Below, piece after piece: positions 48,670-60,423 of a stretch of DNA of 64,000 bases. The notes beneath the pieces are model-generated. The model was given only the letters and a program-made list of their open reading frames with translations. It had not been told where the DNA came from and searched no databases. A program made the translations under genes and the position numbers. The stretch comes from Oopsacas minuta. Lineage: Eukaryota; Animalia; Porifera. The DNA lies in the NCBI GenBank assembly GCA_024704765.1, contig JAKMXF010000336.1, positions 124,001-188,000 on the forward strand. The letters are read 5' to 3'. Position 1 is the stretch's first letter. Each line of letters begins with the position of its first letter.

Positions 48670-48814
48670 TAGGGCGTAACTAACATTGAGCCAGAGGAGC
48701 CAATTGCCTCCTCGCTTTTTCGGGCGTTGCCTCATCTCCCTTTTGTAATCGTCATTATATTGAGGCAAATATCCATCCTTGCCTCCTCGCTCTTAGATCT
48801 CTAGTTACGCCCCA
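48670..48814. mobile_element. Short hAT-like MITE
   Basis: tagggcgtaacta / tagttacgcccca termini (12/13); no TSD seen. Confidence 0.55.
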
Positions 48815-49740
48815 GCGAGGTAGCATTTTTCGGAGTTCCTGGCACCTCGTTAGTGGAGATTACAATGTACAGTAAAACCATTAGGAAGTGAAGACCCTGG
48901 GGACTAGCCTAAACGTTCACAGATGAGAAGTGTTCACTTCTTATGACATATTGTGTGTCGCAATTGAAAACATTTGGGACGGAGAAAGGTGATCATCCTT
49001 TGGAAGGTGTACTGTACTAAGTAGCTCATGAACGGAAATTTATACGTACAGAATTGTGAAAATTTAGTAGACAGGTGTTCCTGAATGCGATCCAAAGTGA
49101 AAAGTACAACAAACTTGACACTGTCTGCTGTCAATATATAAAGACTATAATTGGGGCTCCAATCTTACGAACTGAGAAACAATGTCCTAGAACTGGGTTT
49201 CTCAACCTCAGGTTATATGTTAGGCCACTGTTTGTTGGAAACATATTTCAGCTCCACCGCCCGCATCTGATTTGGCTACTGCATTAATATCGTCATTATT
49301 TCACCATTTACTTAATGTATTCAACTACAAGTTGTATAAACTGGCTAGAGTACATTAGAAGTATCTTTTTCATAGTCTAGCTATTGCCATATCAAATTTG
49401 ACTTGAGTAATTATAATATTTTCTATGAATGAAGTCAATGAACCAATTTTCCAGCTAATACCTCACAAAATAATAAGATAATGATAATAAAACCGACCAA
49501 CCGCCCGCCCGCATGCATGTTCAGGTGGATTTAATGTGAAGCTGAAATAAGTTTCTCATTAATCATAAACGGTGTGGGGCTGTACGAGCGAATCTGGAAC
49601 TGCCAGAAAAAGCAATAACGCACTGAGATCTTGCCTAATACTAAAGTATAGTCAGCACAGCAAACAGTTAGGGAAGCTGGGTTATCATGTGCATCAATAG
49701 CCTGCTTTCCAATTTGTTCAATCCCATAATTACATCATAT

Positions 49741-49934
49741 TTCTAGAATATTCTATACTTTTATCTTAATTAGAACATTCACAAGTCATCCTATTAGATC
49801 CACAATAATAATGTAACTAGCTTCTAGAATATTCCATCACTTCTACAGAATCTAATTCAGATTGTATTTGCACTAAAGCAGCAATAATATTCATCATATT
49901 GGATTTCTGTTGAATAATTTCGAATATTCTAGAA
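49741..49934 (+). promoter_or_regulatory. Heat-shock elements upstream of HSP90
   Basis: Three perfect three-unit HSEs: TTCtaGAAtaTTC (49741, 49822) and GAAtaTTCtaGAA (49922). Confidence 0.85.
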
Positions 49935-50024
49935 CATTTTCTTATATCTATAAGTTCATCATGTATTCCTTGATATCTAAATTTCATTTTACACACTCGC
50001 TACCTTTCGGCACTAATATTTACA

Positions 50025-53000
50025 ATGGCAGAAGATATGGATTCGCAATCCGAGAAGGAGACTTTCGCATTTCAAGCGGAAATAGCCCAATTGATGAGTT
50101 TGATCATCAACACGTTCTACTCGAACAAAGAAGTATTCCTTCGCGAGATGATCTCAAACAGTTCGGATGCGCTGGATAAAATTCGCTACCAGAGTTTGAC
50201 TGACCCAGAAGCACTCGATACAGAGAAAGAACTGAAGATAACGATTATTCCCGACCCCGCAAACAAGACTCTAACCATGATAGATACAGGAATTGGAATG
50301 ACGAAATCAGATCTGATCAATAACTTGGGTACAATCGCGAAATCTGGCACTAAAGCTTTCATGGAGGCTCTTCAAGTATGTTATTTCTTGTTTTATGTTT
50401 TGAATATATTTCATTGAATTTTTCGCGTAATTTCGACGTTTGCTATACCTATTTTAGTTGTGTATTTCGCCGGAATTTTACCTGTGTTTTTCCACCAATT
50501 CTTTTCGTTGTTCTAAAATTGTATTTTTGCGTTCGATTTGACCGATTTGATACTTGCCATATCTCCCAAGATTTGAATATTGCAAATTTCTGTGTCTTTT
50601 AACCCAAATATTTTTACATCGAACACGTATATCGAAATACCCGCTTATATCCAAGTAATTATCCCGGTCCCTTGAGCTTAGCTATAATGGGAGTTGACTG
50701 TAATTGATTTTATTTCGCTTACAACGAAATTATACTTTCCAACATTCCTTGGGATTTCACATGGTATCGAGGGAAAATTACTAAATTCAGGGAAATTTTT
50801 GGATATTTCTCGTATTTTTTCTGATAAAAATAGTGAAAATTCATATTATTTGCATATAAAATTAGAATTCAGGTCTTAACTTGAAAACCTTCAGATGCCT
50901 GAGATTCGTCAAAAATTTCACAATTCTATCGTGAGAAGTGCAATTTTTTATCAATAAGTTCAGGCATATTGCAGTGTTTGTAGACCCGAAATCGTGAGAG
51001 TTGAGAGCCCTGGAAATACCGCTTGTAGCAAATGAATCCTGGTTCCCTAACACTTAGTTATAACGAGAGTTTTACTATACATTTACAGGCTGGAGCTGAT
51101 ATCAGTATGATCGGTCAATTCGGTGTTGGATTCTATTCCACATACCTGGTAGGACAGCGAGTACAAGTTATAAGTAAACATAATGATGACGATCAGTATT
51201 TATGGGAGAGCTCAGCTGGTGGAAGTTTCACCGTGGTACGTGATAATAGCGAGCCATTGGGCAGAGGTACTAAAGTGATTATACACTTTAAAGAGGATCA
51301 GACGGAATTCTTGGAGGAGAGAAGGATCAAGGAAACTGTCAAGAAACACTCTCAGTTCATTTCATACCCTATCATGCTTGTTGTGAGTTTATTATTGTAA
51401 ATATGTTCATGTAATACATTTCCGTTTGGATATAATAACTTATCTCATTTTTATGACGTCATCATTATACTAGTCGCCAATTCATAGTGGTTTATTGATG
51501 ACGTAAATTTTGAAAGTGACATTGGAGTCCTCTTGAAACTGCCACGGCCATATTTTTAACCCAGAAACCTGTTTGATATGTAACTACAGTGAAACTTCGT
51601 TCATCTAACAAGGTTAATACGAATTTCAGTATAAGAGTCATAAGACAAGGAATATTTACACCAAATCTGGTTCCTATAATTGTTATTCAATTGATATTAG
51701 CCCGGGTAAAGCGAATACATTTTTACCGTTCGTTGGTGTTCATATTACTGAAGTTCTACTGTAAGGGACAATTTTGGACAGAACAGGCTTTATCAAAATC
51801 CGCTTCCATCGAAGTAATTATCGCGCTCCCTGAGCTTCGATATGACTTGAGTTACTGTACTATCAATTTCAGGTTGAGAAAGAGAAGGATGAAGAAGTAA
51901 CAGACGATGAAGCAGAAGCAGATGATGCTGATAAGAAACCAGAAGAGCCCAAGGAGGCCAAAGAAACCAAGGAAGGAGACGAGACTGACAGTACTGAGAA
52001 GAAAGATGAGGACAAGAAGGAGGGAGATGAAGCTAAACCCGACGGAGATGGTGAAGATAATAAAGTTGATATGGATGAGATTGTTGAGGATGATGATGAA
52101 GCTAAGAAAGAGCCGAAGAAAAAGACAAAGAAAATTAAGAAAAAGTACACTGATAAAGAAGAGCTGAATAAAACTAAGCCTATTTGGACACGAAGTCCTG
52201 ATGACATCACACGTGAAGAATATGGGGAATTCTACAAGACTTTGACCAATGATTGGGAAGATCATTTAGGCGTAAAACACTTTTCTATCGAGGGACAACT
52301 CGAGTTCAAGGCTTTGCTTTTCGTACCAAAACGTGCTCCTTTCGATCTGTTTGAAAATCGTAAGATGAAGAATAATATCAAACTGTATGTCCGACGAGTT
52401 TTCATTATGGAAAACTGTGAGGAAATCATTCCTGAGTATTTGAACTTCGTTAAGGGTGTTGTTGATTCAGAGGATCTGCCTCTTAACATCAGTAGAGAGA
52501 CTCTACAGCAAAACAAGATTCTTAAGGTAAATTTCAACTTATTTATATTCGAATATAATTGACGGTAGAACTCGATTAAGACGTATACCTTCGTGAAACA
52601 AATTTATACGTACTAGTAGCCAGAGACCCTGAAAAATGCTACCCTGTTTCCCCTTTCTTCCAATTTCCCGTTTGTCTAGGTTCATGAGTATGGACGACTA
52701 GGAATTCGCTCCTTTAATTTTTCACTCCATTACCAGAGGTTTCCCTTTTCCTCGGGTCCAATTAATTGAGGTTACCAAGTCTACGTACTATCCCAATAGA
52801 TATTGTATTATAGAAAGGGAACGAATTTGTTGATTTGAAAGGAAGAATTACAAATTAACGGATTTGTACCTTTGTCATAAATTATCCGAGTTAACCGTAA
52901 TTGGCCATTAGCACAACAGCCATAACTTGCTTCAATTCATCCAAGCTGCTTGCATCTTGTTAATTCTTAAAACCTATAATATACATTATTTATCCTCAAT

Positions 53001-54854
53001 TTGTCGGTTCCCTACGTCAGTGTTTCACAACTTGTGGTCCACAGCTTGTGATCTAATTCCACATGACCATGATATACAGTGTAGTTACAGGCCCAATAAA
53101 GGTCAGAAACTGGCTTTTGGTCAATTGTAATATACGAGATGTCTTGCCTTTATTTATTGTTATATTTCACTATAGATGATAAGGAAGAATTTGGTCAAAA
53201 AGTGTGTCGAACTATTCCAGACTATTTCAGAGAATGCAGAGGACTACAAGAAGTTCTACGAACAATTCAGTAAGAATTTGAAACTTGGCATACACGAGGA
53301 TAGTCAGAACAGGAAGAAGATAGCTGATCTCTTGAGATATCACAGCTCATCATCTGGTGAGGATATGACTTCATTCAAGGATTATGTGTCTAGGATGAAG
53401 GTTAGTCTGTTTTCTTGAATTCAATTGTATATTACTCTGGAATATTTCCGATTTTGTGTTGATTTTGGTGTGAGAAATTCTTTATACTAATGATAATTTC
53501 TATAAATCTATTTCTCTATATGTATTCTGGAACTGTATTCAATTCTCTTCAATAATATAGGACAATCAGAAACATATATACTACATTACAGGCGAATCAC
53601 TTGAGCATGTACGAAACATAGCCTTTGTAGAACGCGTGAAAAAGCGCGGATATGAAGTACTATACATGATAGAGCCTATTGATGAATACGCCGTACAGCA
53701 ATTGAAAGATTACGAAGGGAAGACCCTAACCTCCGTCACAAAGGAAGGCCTCGAACTCCCTGAGGACGAAGACGAGAAGAAAAAACTCGAGGAAGACAAA
53801 GCTAATTACGAAGAGCTCTGTAAGGCAATGAAAGACGTGCTAGACAAGAAAGTTGAGAAAGTGCTTGTATCAAATCGTCTCGTAGATTCTCCCTGTTGTA
53901 TTGTAACAGCTCAACACGGATGGACTGCGAATATGGAGCGTATAATGAAGGCTCAGGCACTGAGAGATACTTCTACTATGGGATATATGGCTGCTAAGAA
54001 ACATTTTGAAATCAATCCTGATCACCCAATTATTAAGCAGGTGAGTTACTATATTCAATTCATATTCTCGCGTGAAAACCTACCTTATTGTGTTAGAAAT
54101 CTGTCCAGATTCTAACATGAAAATATTCGGGGAAGTCAGAAATTTCGTTACAGGGCATTCCCGCTAATCCATAGTAAATCCCACTCTAACTACTCGAGGA
54201 GTCTCCATGGACGTAGTCTTGGGGTCGCTCCCCCAAATACTCAAAATGAAATGTCGGTATCCGATTTACATTTTCTGAATTATTTGACTGATATGTCCAC
54301 TTCCCAGAGATTGATTAAGTATTATTTACAAGTAGTATTTACTTATTTCGTTCCATGAGCTTGTCTGTTGTAGAGGTGTTGTTCGCTTTTCGGAGTGTCC
54401 GTTTTTGGGAGACTCCTCTGTGGTCACTATATTTTCAAATTTCCCACTGGATAAACGTGAAATCCCGACATATTCCAGGGTTGCCGGTTGGCAAGTATGG
54501 AATTGGTCCATATCCATCCTCTACATGTAAATTGTTACCATAACCTATAATTGTATGACTTATATCTGATATTATATTATTCTACAGTTGAAAACAAAGA
54601 CAGACGAAGATAAGAACGACAAATCCGTTAAAGATTTAATCTTCCTTCTATACGAAACATCTTTAATGTCATCTGGATTTACACTAGAGGATCCTAGTAC
54701 ACACGCAAGACGTATCTACCATATGATAAAACTAGGCCTAGGTGTAGATGATGATGATGAACCTATTGGACAGACAGCTGGTGCCGCCGACGCTATGCCC
54801 ACTCTTGAAGGGGAAGAGAAGGCTGACGTGACTCGGATGGAGGATGTTGATTAG
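50025..54854 (+). CDS. HSP90: Cytosolic HSP90; exons 50025-50375, 51089-51382, 51873-52526, 53176-53400, 53561-54040, 54588-54854 (~756 aa)
   Basis: [56 protein letters not shown], charged linker, C-terminal MEDVD. Five GT-AG introns keep frame. Confidence 0.97.
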
Positions 54855-56776
54855 ATCTATTGACGTTATAGTTTAGATAGCTTGTTCTTCCTTATTCTTT
54901 AGTGATTCTATTTTGTAGTCTATAATTGTTCCCATTTGATTTTGTTATGGCGTTATTTGTTATCAAAAGTTTATATACACAGATGTCTCTAATTTTCTAC
55001 TCAAATCAGTGTTCTCTCTAACTTTCTGAGGGCAGGACTTATGACTAGGGTTTCGGGGGTACAACGACTATTCCGAGGGAATACTGACTGAGATTAGTGG
55101 GATTCTAACTGGGCCATGCGAGCAATGCCAAACGACAGAGATCTTGGAGCTAGCAAGGTTTTCCAAATATCGATATCGTTAAAAATATAGATTAAGATAA
55201 ATTTCGTAAAATAGTTTTTGCACCTTAAATATATCAGTGAATACTACATCAATGCTGATAGATTATATACACTGACTACAATGTTATACTTTCAAAAGAT
55301 AGCAAACGCAACGGAAACACAGTAACTGTATATTTCCTCATCTAGTCGCAAAGAATTTGACCTCGCTAATCCCAACAGAGTCTAATGGTTAGACAATCTT
55401 TGGAGGAGGTACATGAAATCTTACATAAGGCAGAATTCGATCCAATTCTAATTCGGGCAAAATATGTCCTCCTGGTTCCTGTAGTATTGCTGCAATGCAT
55501 TTCATTAAATGGCCACTTTCTCAAAAGCCTGTACCTCAAAGAAATTTGAATATTCCAACCCTAAGGTTGTTTGTTGACAATATACATTTGTAAGAAATTT
55601 CCAGTTTATCATAGCGATAATTCCGTCTTGTTTCGAAATTTTGCACAGAATTTCACATCGTACCAGAAACTATATAAATCCAACTATGTATTAGTTTCTG
55701 TGATAATTACCAAACTAGATACACCTAGAACTGGGATCGATACTCCTTGGGTAGCGATTCCCAAAATTTTTCACCCATGGACTCCCTATACCAATTTATA
55801 CCCATTATGTAGAGCCTAGACCCCTCCCATAGATTACAATACAAATTTTGAGGTCATGTGGACCCCTTGTTGTCGTTGGGATCATCAAGGGGTCTCGCTT
55901 TTATGGATATATGTCGAAGGTCAATGAGGCTAGTGTCACGCCAAAACTTCCAAAACCCTTAATTGCCCAGTTTTTTGTAGTCCAGTCTAATCCAAATATG
56001 CTACGTCCCGCGATGTCCCGAAAAATTTGTGTCATCCATCCAGTTTTTTTCTTCACTCAGATTGGCAAGTATGAATACACAGCTGTCTATAGATAATCAC
56101 TCATTATATTCTATATTTATGCTAAAATATTCTCACAAATAATGTCCTTTCTGAGAATTATTTTGGAAACGAAGACACTGAGAACATCTCAAGGGACATT
56201 GGGGGTAAGGATTTCTGCCTCATCCAATCATATGCTTACTGTTCTAACCCAATTAGTGTATAGAAATTGGTGGCTTCTAAATTCTTGAGTTGAATATATT
56301 CTTATATGGTATTATCAACGTGTTCATGTTTAGCTTCCCAGAGAAATCGAGATTTAAGAATATACATCATATTTACAGAAATATTCACGTCCCACAGGCG
56401 CCGAACCAGTGGAGGCTCGAATCCCCCCTCGATTAATTGCAGCCCCATAGAGCTAATACAAACAATATGTGTGAACCATCTGGATAGTGCGACTCTGATA
56501 AGTACAGATATGAGAAGAATTAATTTGTATAATTTGCAGAACATTGTGGCTAGATAAACACATCATGTGATGCTATTAGAAATACAATGAAATAGGATAT
56601 TGTATTGAATTATATCTCATCATTATATATGCAACAAGTTATGTGAATTGATAAAACTGAAGATGTAATGGTAATTGTATTACATTAATATTCAAAAAGA
56701 TTTTATCGATCTCAGTTCTTAATACATCTTTGCTGAAGTAAGAGGTAAATACTATTTGTAATTATTCGTATTCATT

Positions 56777-58753
56777 ATGAAGAAGACAGGCAATATGTGT
56801 CTGTTGTTAGTAGGTTTAGTGATATGTTTGTATTGTTATGTTGAGGTTGAGATGTCGGATTGTAATAATGGAGCAGGATATTGTGATTTTGGTAATTCCT
56901 CCCTCAGTTGCTACGTCACCAATAATGAAACTCAGGTTATCAAGAGTTTGTTAAGCAACTGTAGCGGTCAGAGTACAGCATTTGTTACAATATATATCTA
57001 CAAAGACTACGTATCAACAGTATACGGGAATCTAATCATTGATGTAGAATTAGCCTCAAATATCCAATATTTACTCATTTACAATTACGAAGATCAAGAT
57101 AATATCCGTTTAACTACATCTAGTCAAAATACTGGATTAACGAGGATATATGTTAGTAGTAGTTATAATATCCAGCTCGAGTCTAAAAACTTTTTCAATT
57201 ACTTCACAGGTCTAAATTCTATCTACATGGGTAATTGTATTACAATAGAAACACCATCTTTTACAAATCTACAATATCTAACTGATCTAAACATTAGAAT
57301 AGTAGGTTCGTCCACGCGTACATTTGATAACACAATCGTTAGAGGATTATCTAACCTGATTACACTAAGTTTCTCTAACTCGGATTTCAGTAGCATAACT
57401 AAAGGAGCATTGGATGGTTTGAACTCGTTAACACTTCTGAGCTTTGAAAACAATAAATTAAGTATTATTGAAGATGGTACATTCAGTGAACTATCAAGCC
57501 TGTTAAGACTCTATCTTCAAAATAATGGAATTAAGATTATATCAAATAATGTTTTCGAAGGTTTAACTGAACTGACAAGACTGAATTTAGATGAGAATCC
57601 AGGATTCCCTATTGAAGCATTGATACATGCAAGCTATCTTGAACAAATATACTTACAGTACAATGATTATCATACTCTAGACTCATATGTATTCCAGCAA
57701 TTGAAATCATTTACCGGCATATATATATATGTAAATGACCCGTTCATCTGCGACTGTAGATTACAATGGACGTCAATGGTATCGCAATATGGGGTATTTA
57801 TAAATAATGGATATTGTTCCGAACCAAGCATTTTCTTCCAAAAGTCTATTAATAATCCACTGTTGTATACCAATTGCTCACAAACAGAAGCTTATCAATG
57901 CTTTGACAAGTCCATAATCTGTCCCAGTAATGAAATATGCCATAATACACAAAATGGCTACCTTTGTAGTTGTCCAAGAGGATATTCACTGCATAATTCA
58001 GGAGAATGTAGAGACTTCGATGAATGTAATGAGGCAACTACCTGCGAGCATACCTGTGTCAACACAGACGGTTCATACCATTGTGGATGTGATGAAGGAT
58101 ACAAGATAGCTACTAATGGATATGACTGTGAAGATGTTAATGAGTGTCAGGAATTGAATGGAGGATGTGAATTTGGTTGTAGAAATTCTATAGGTTCATA
58201 TCAGTGTTTTTGTGAGTATGGACACAAACTGTATAACGAAACTCAATGTGAGGAAAGTATAGAGTGTGAATTAATGGGAGATGATTGCATTAATCCTATA
58301 GAGAGTAGTTATAATTGCAAAGGAGGGTTCAATCTATCGATCTTTAACCTTTCTTGTCCTAATGTGAATTCTCAAGGGAACACTTCATCAATGCAAACTT
58401 GTCCACAAACTGATTCAGGATTGATTATACTTCCAATAGTTGTTGTTGGTACTTCTTTCGTTTTCAACATTTTTACAACAATTGTAATAATCACACTATT
58501 AATTATAATAATCTACATCGTCAGGAAGTCAAAGAATAAGACAAGTAATCCATCTGACAAGGACACAGAAACACAGATAAAACAAAAGTCTTTCAAGAAT
58601 GAATCGATCAATAGTTCTATTGATGAACTACCACAAGCAGATAACTCTAAAACTACAGCAGCATTTGAATCAAGTCCAATGCTAGGGGAATATCAAAATC
58701 TAGCAAAACCACAGAGCTATCCTGCTAAATTACAAGATGAAACTTCAGATTAG
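56777..58753 (+). CDS. Type I membrane receptor: signal peptide, LRRs, LRRCT, EGF/cbEGF repeats, TM, cytoplasmic tail; paralog 1, intronless
   Basis: Hydrophobic N-terminus; LxxLxLxxN repeats; DPFICDCRLQW; DFDEC/DVNEC EGF domains; TM at IILPIVVVG...IIIYIV followed by RKSK. Confidence 0.9.
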   Translation: MKKTGNMCLLLVGLVICLYCYVEVEMSDCNNGAGYCDFGNSSLSCYVTNNETQVIKSLLSNCSGQSTAFVTIYIYKDYVSTVYGNLIIDVELASNIQYLLIYNYEDQDNIRLTTSSQNTGLTRIYVSSSYNIQLESKNFFNYFTGLNSIYMGNCITIETPSFTNLQYLTDLNIRIVGSSTRTFDNTIVRGLSNLITLSFSNSDFSSITKGALDGLNSLTLLSFENNKLSIIEDGTFSELSSLLRLYLQNNGIKIISNNVFEGLTELTRLNLDENPGFPIEALIHASYLEQIYLQYNDYHTLDSYVFQQLKSFTGIYIYVNDPFICDCRLQWTSMVSQYGVFINNGYCSEPSIFFQKSINNPLLYTNCSQTEAYQCFDKSIICPSNEICHNTQNGYLCSCPRGYSLHNSGECRDFDECNEATTCEHTCVNTDGSYHCGCDEGYKIATNGYDCEDVNECQELNGGCEFGCRNSIGSYQCFCEYGHKLYNETQCEESIECELMGDDCINPIESSYNCKGGFNLSIFNLSCPNVNSQGNTSSMQTCPQTDSGLIILPIVVVGTSFVFNIFTTIVIITLLIIIIYIVRKSKNKTSNPSDKDTETQIKQKSFKNESINSSIDELPQADNSKTTAAFESSPMLGEYQNLAKPQSYPAKLQDETSD

Positions 58754-60423
58754 TCTTACTTTGTAATATACCCAAGTTTCTCAAAGCTTTTACGGACATT
58801 AGTTTAGTAACCAGGACTAAACTATAGGTTTGTCCTCATAGTGTGATTACATATGTCTCCACAGTATTGTATATTTGCTAGGTTTACTCTTGGATTTGAG
58901 TTCTTAGATTTAATTCCTGAATTAGCCAGGAAGTATTGTGAGTGATTTATCATTAATTGTGTATAATTGCCTCGGGATTAATGGACTAACAATACTAATA
59001 GGCAGAAACTAATAATTCCAATGTTAATAGTATTTAGTGCCAGTGATGACAAAGGATTTATTGAAGTCAGTATTCCTTCTAACTTTCGGGGCAGTACTTT
59101 AATGGTGGTGTCAATAATCTGATAGGTACTGGCAATATTGTGATGAATTCGGACAAATATCCTGGGATCGAACAGATTTAAGCAAAATTCCGAGGGAACT
59201 CTGATTGAGATTGGAAGGATTTTAACCGGGGTATGAGAGCAGTGGCAAACTGCCAGCGATTATGAAGCTTGCAAGGTTTGGCAAATATCGTCTTGTTTTT
59301 CAAATTTACGCAGAATTACATCCAACTACGCTGTATTAGTTTCTGTGATAATTATCAAACTAGATACACCTAGAACTGGGTTTCGATACTCCTTGGGTAG
59401 CTGTTCCCAACTTTTTTCACTCATGACTACCGTATACCAATTTAGACTATTTATGTAGAGTCTAGATCCTCTCCCATAGATTACAATACAAATTTTGAGA
59501 TCCTGTGGACCCCTGCTGTCGTTTGGAACATCAAGGGGTCTCGCTTTTATGGATATATGTCGAGGGTCAATGAGGCTAATGTCACGCCAAAACTTCCAAA
59601 ACCCTTAATTGCCCAGATTTTTGTAGTCCAGTCTAATCCAAATATGCTACGTCCCGCGATGTCCCGCAAAATTTGTGTCATCCATCCAGTTTTTTTCTTC
59701 ACTCAGATTGGCAAGTATGAATACACAGCTGTCTATAGATAATCACTCATTATATTCTATATTTATGCTAAAATATTCTCACAAATAATGTCCTTTCTGA
59801 GAATTATTTTGGAAACGAAGACACTGAGAACATCTCAAGGGACATTGGGGGTAAGGATTTCTGCCTCATCCAATCATATGCTTACTGTTCTAACCCAATT
59901 AGTGTATAGAAATTGGTGGCTTCTAAATTCTTGAGTTGAATACATTCTTTATATGGTATTATTACTGTGCTCATGTTTAGCTTCCCAGAGAAATAGATAT
60001 TTAAGAATATCCATCATATTTACAGAAATATTCACGTCCCACAGGCGCCGAACCAGTGGGGGCTCGAATCCTCCCTCGATTAATTGCAGCCCCATAGAGC
60101 TAATACAAAGAATATGTGTGAGCCATCTGGATAGTGCAACCCTGATAAGTACCGGTATGAGATGAATTAATTTGTATAATTTGCAGAACATTGTGGCTAG
60201 ATAAACACATCATGTGATGCTATTAGAAATGCAATGAAATAGGATATTGTATTGAATAATATCTCATCATTATATATGCAGCAAGCTATGTGAATTGATA
60301 AAACTGAAGAAGTAATGGTAATTGTATTACATGAATATTCAAAAAGAATTTATCGATCTCATTTCTTAGTACATCTTTGCTGAAGAAAGAGGTAAATACC
60401 ATCCGTAATTATTCGTATTCATT

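Noticed and set aside
51852-52265. Long antisense and alternative-frame ORFs over HSP90 exon 3
   Set aside because: By-product of the purine-rich charged linker.
56395-56450. ggctcgaatccccc as a tRNA B-box/SINE (also ~60045 and ~63730)
   Set aside because: No A-box or cloverleaf; caggcgccgaaccagtggggg looks more like a hAT-MITE terminus, and no partner end was found.
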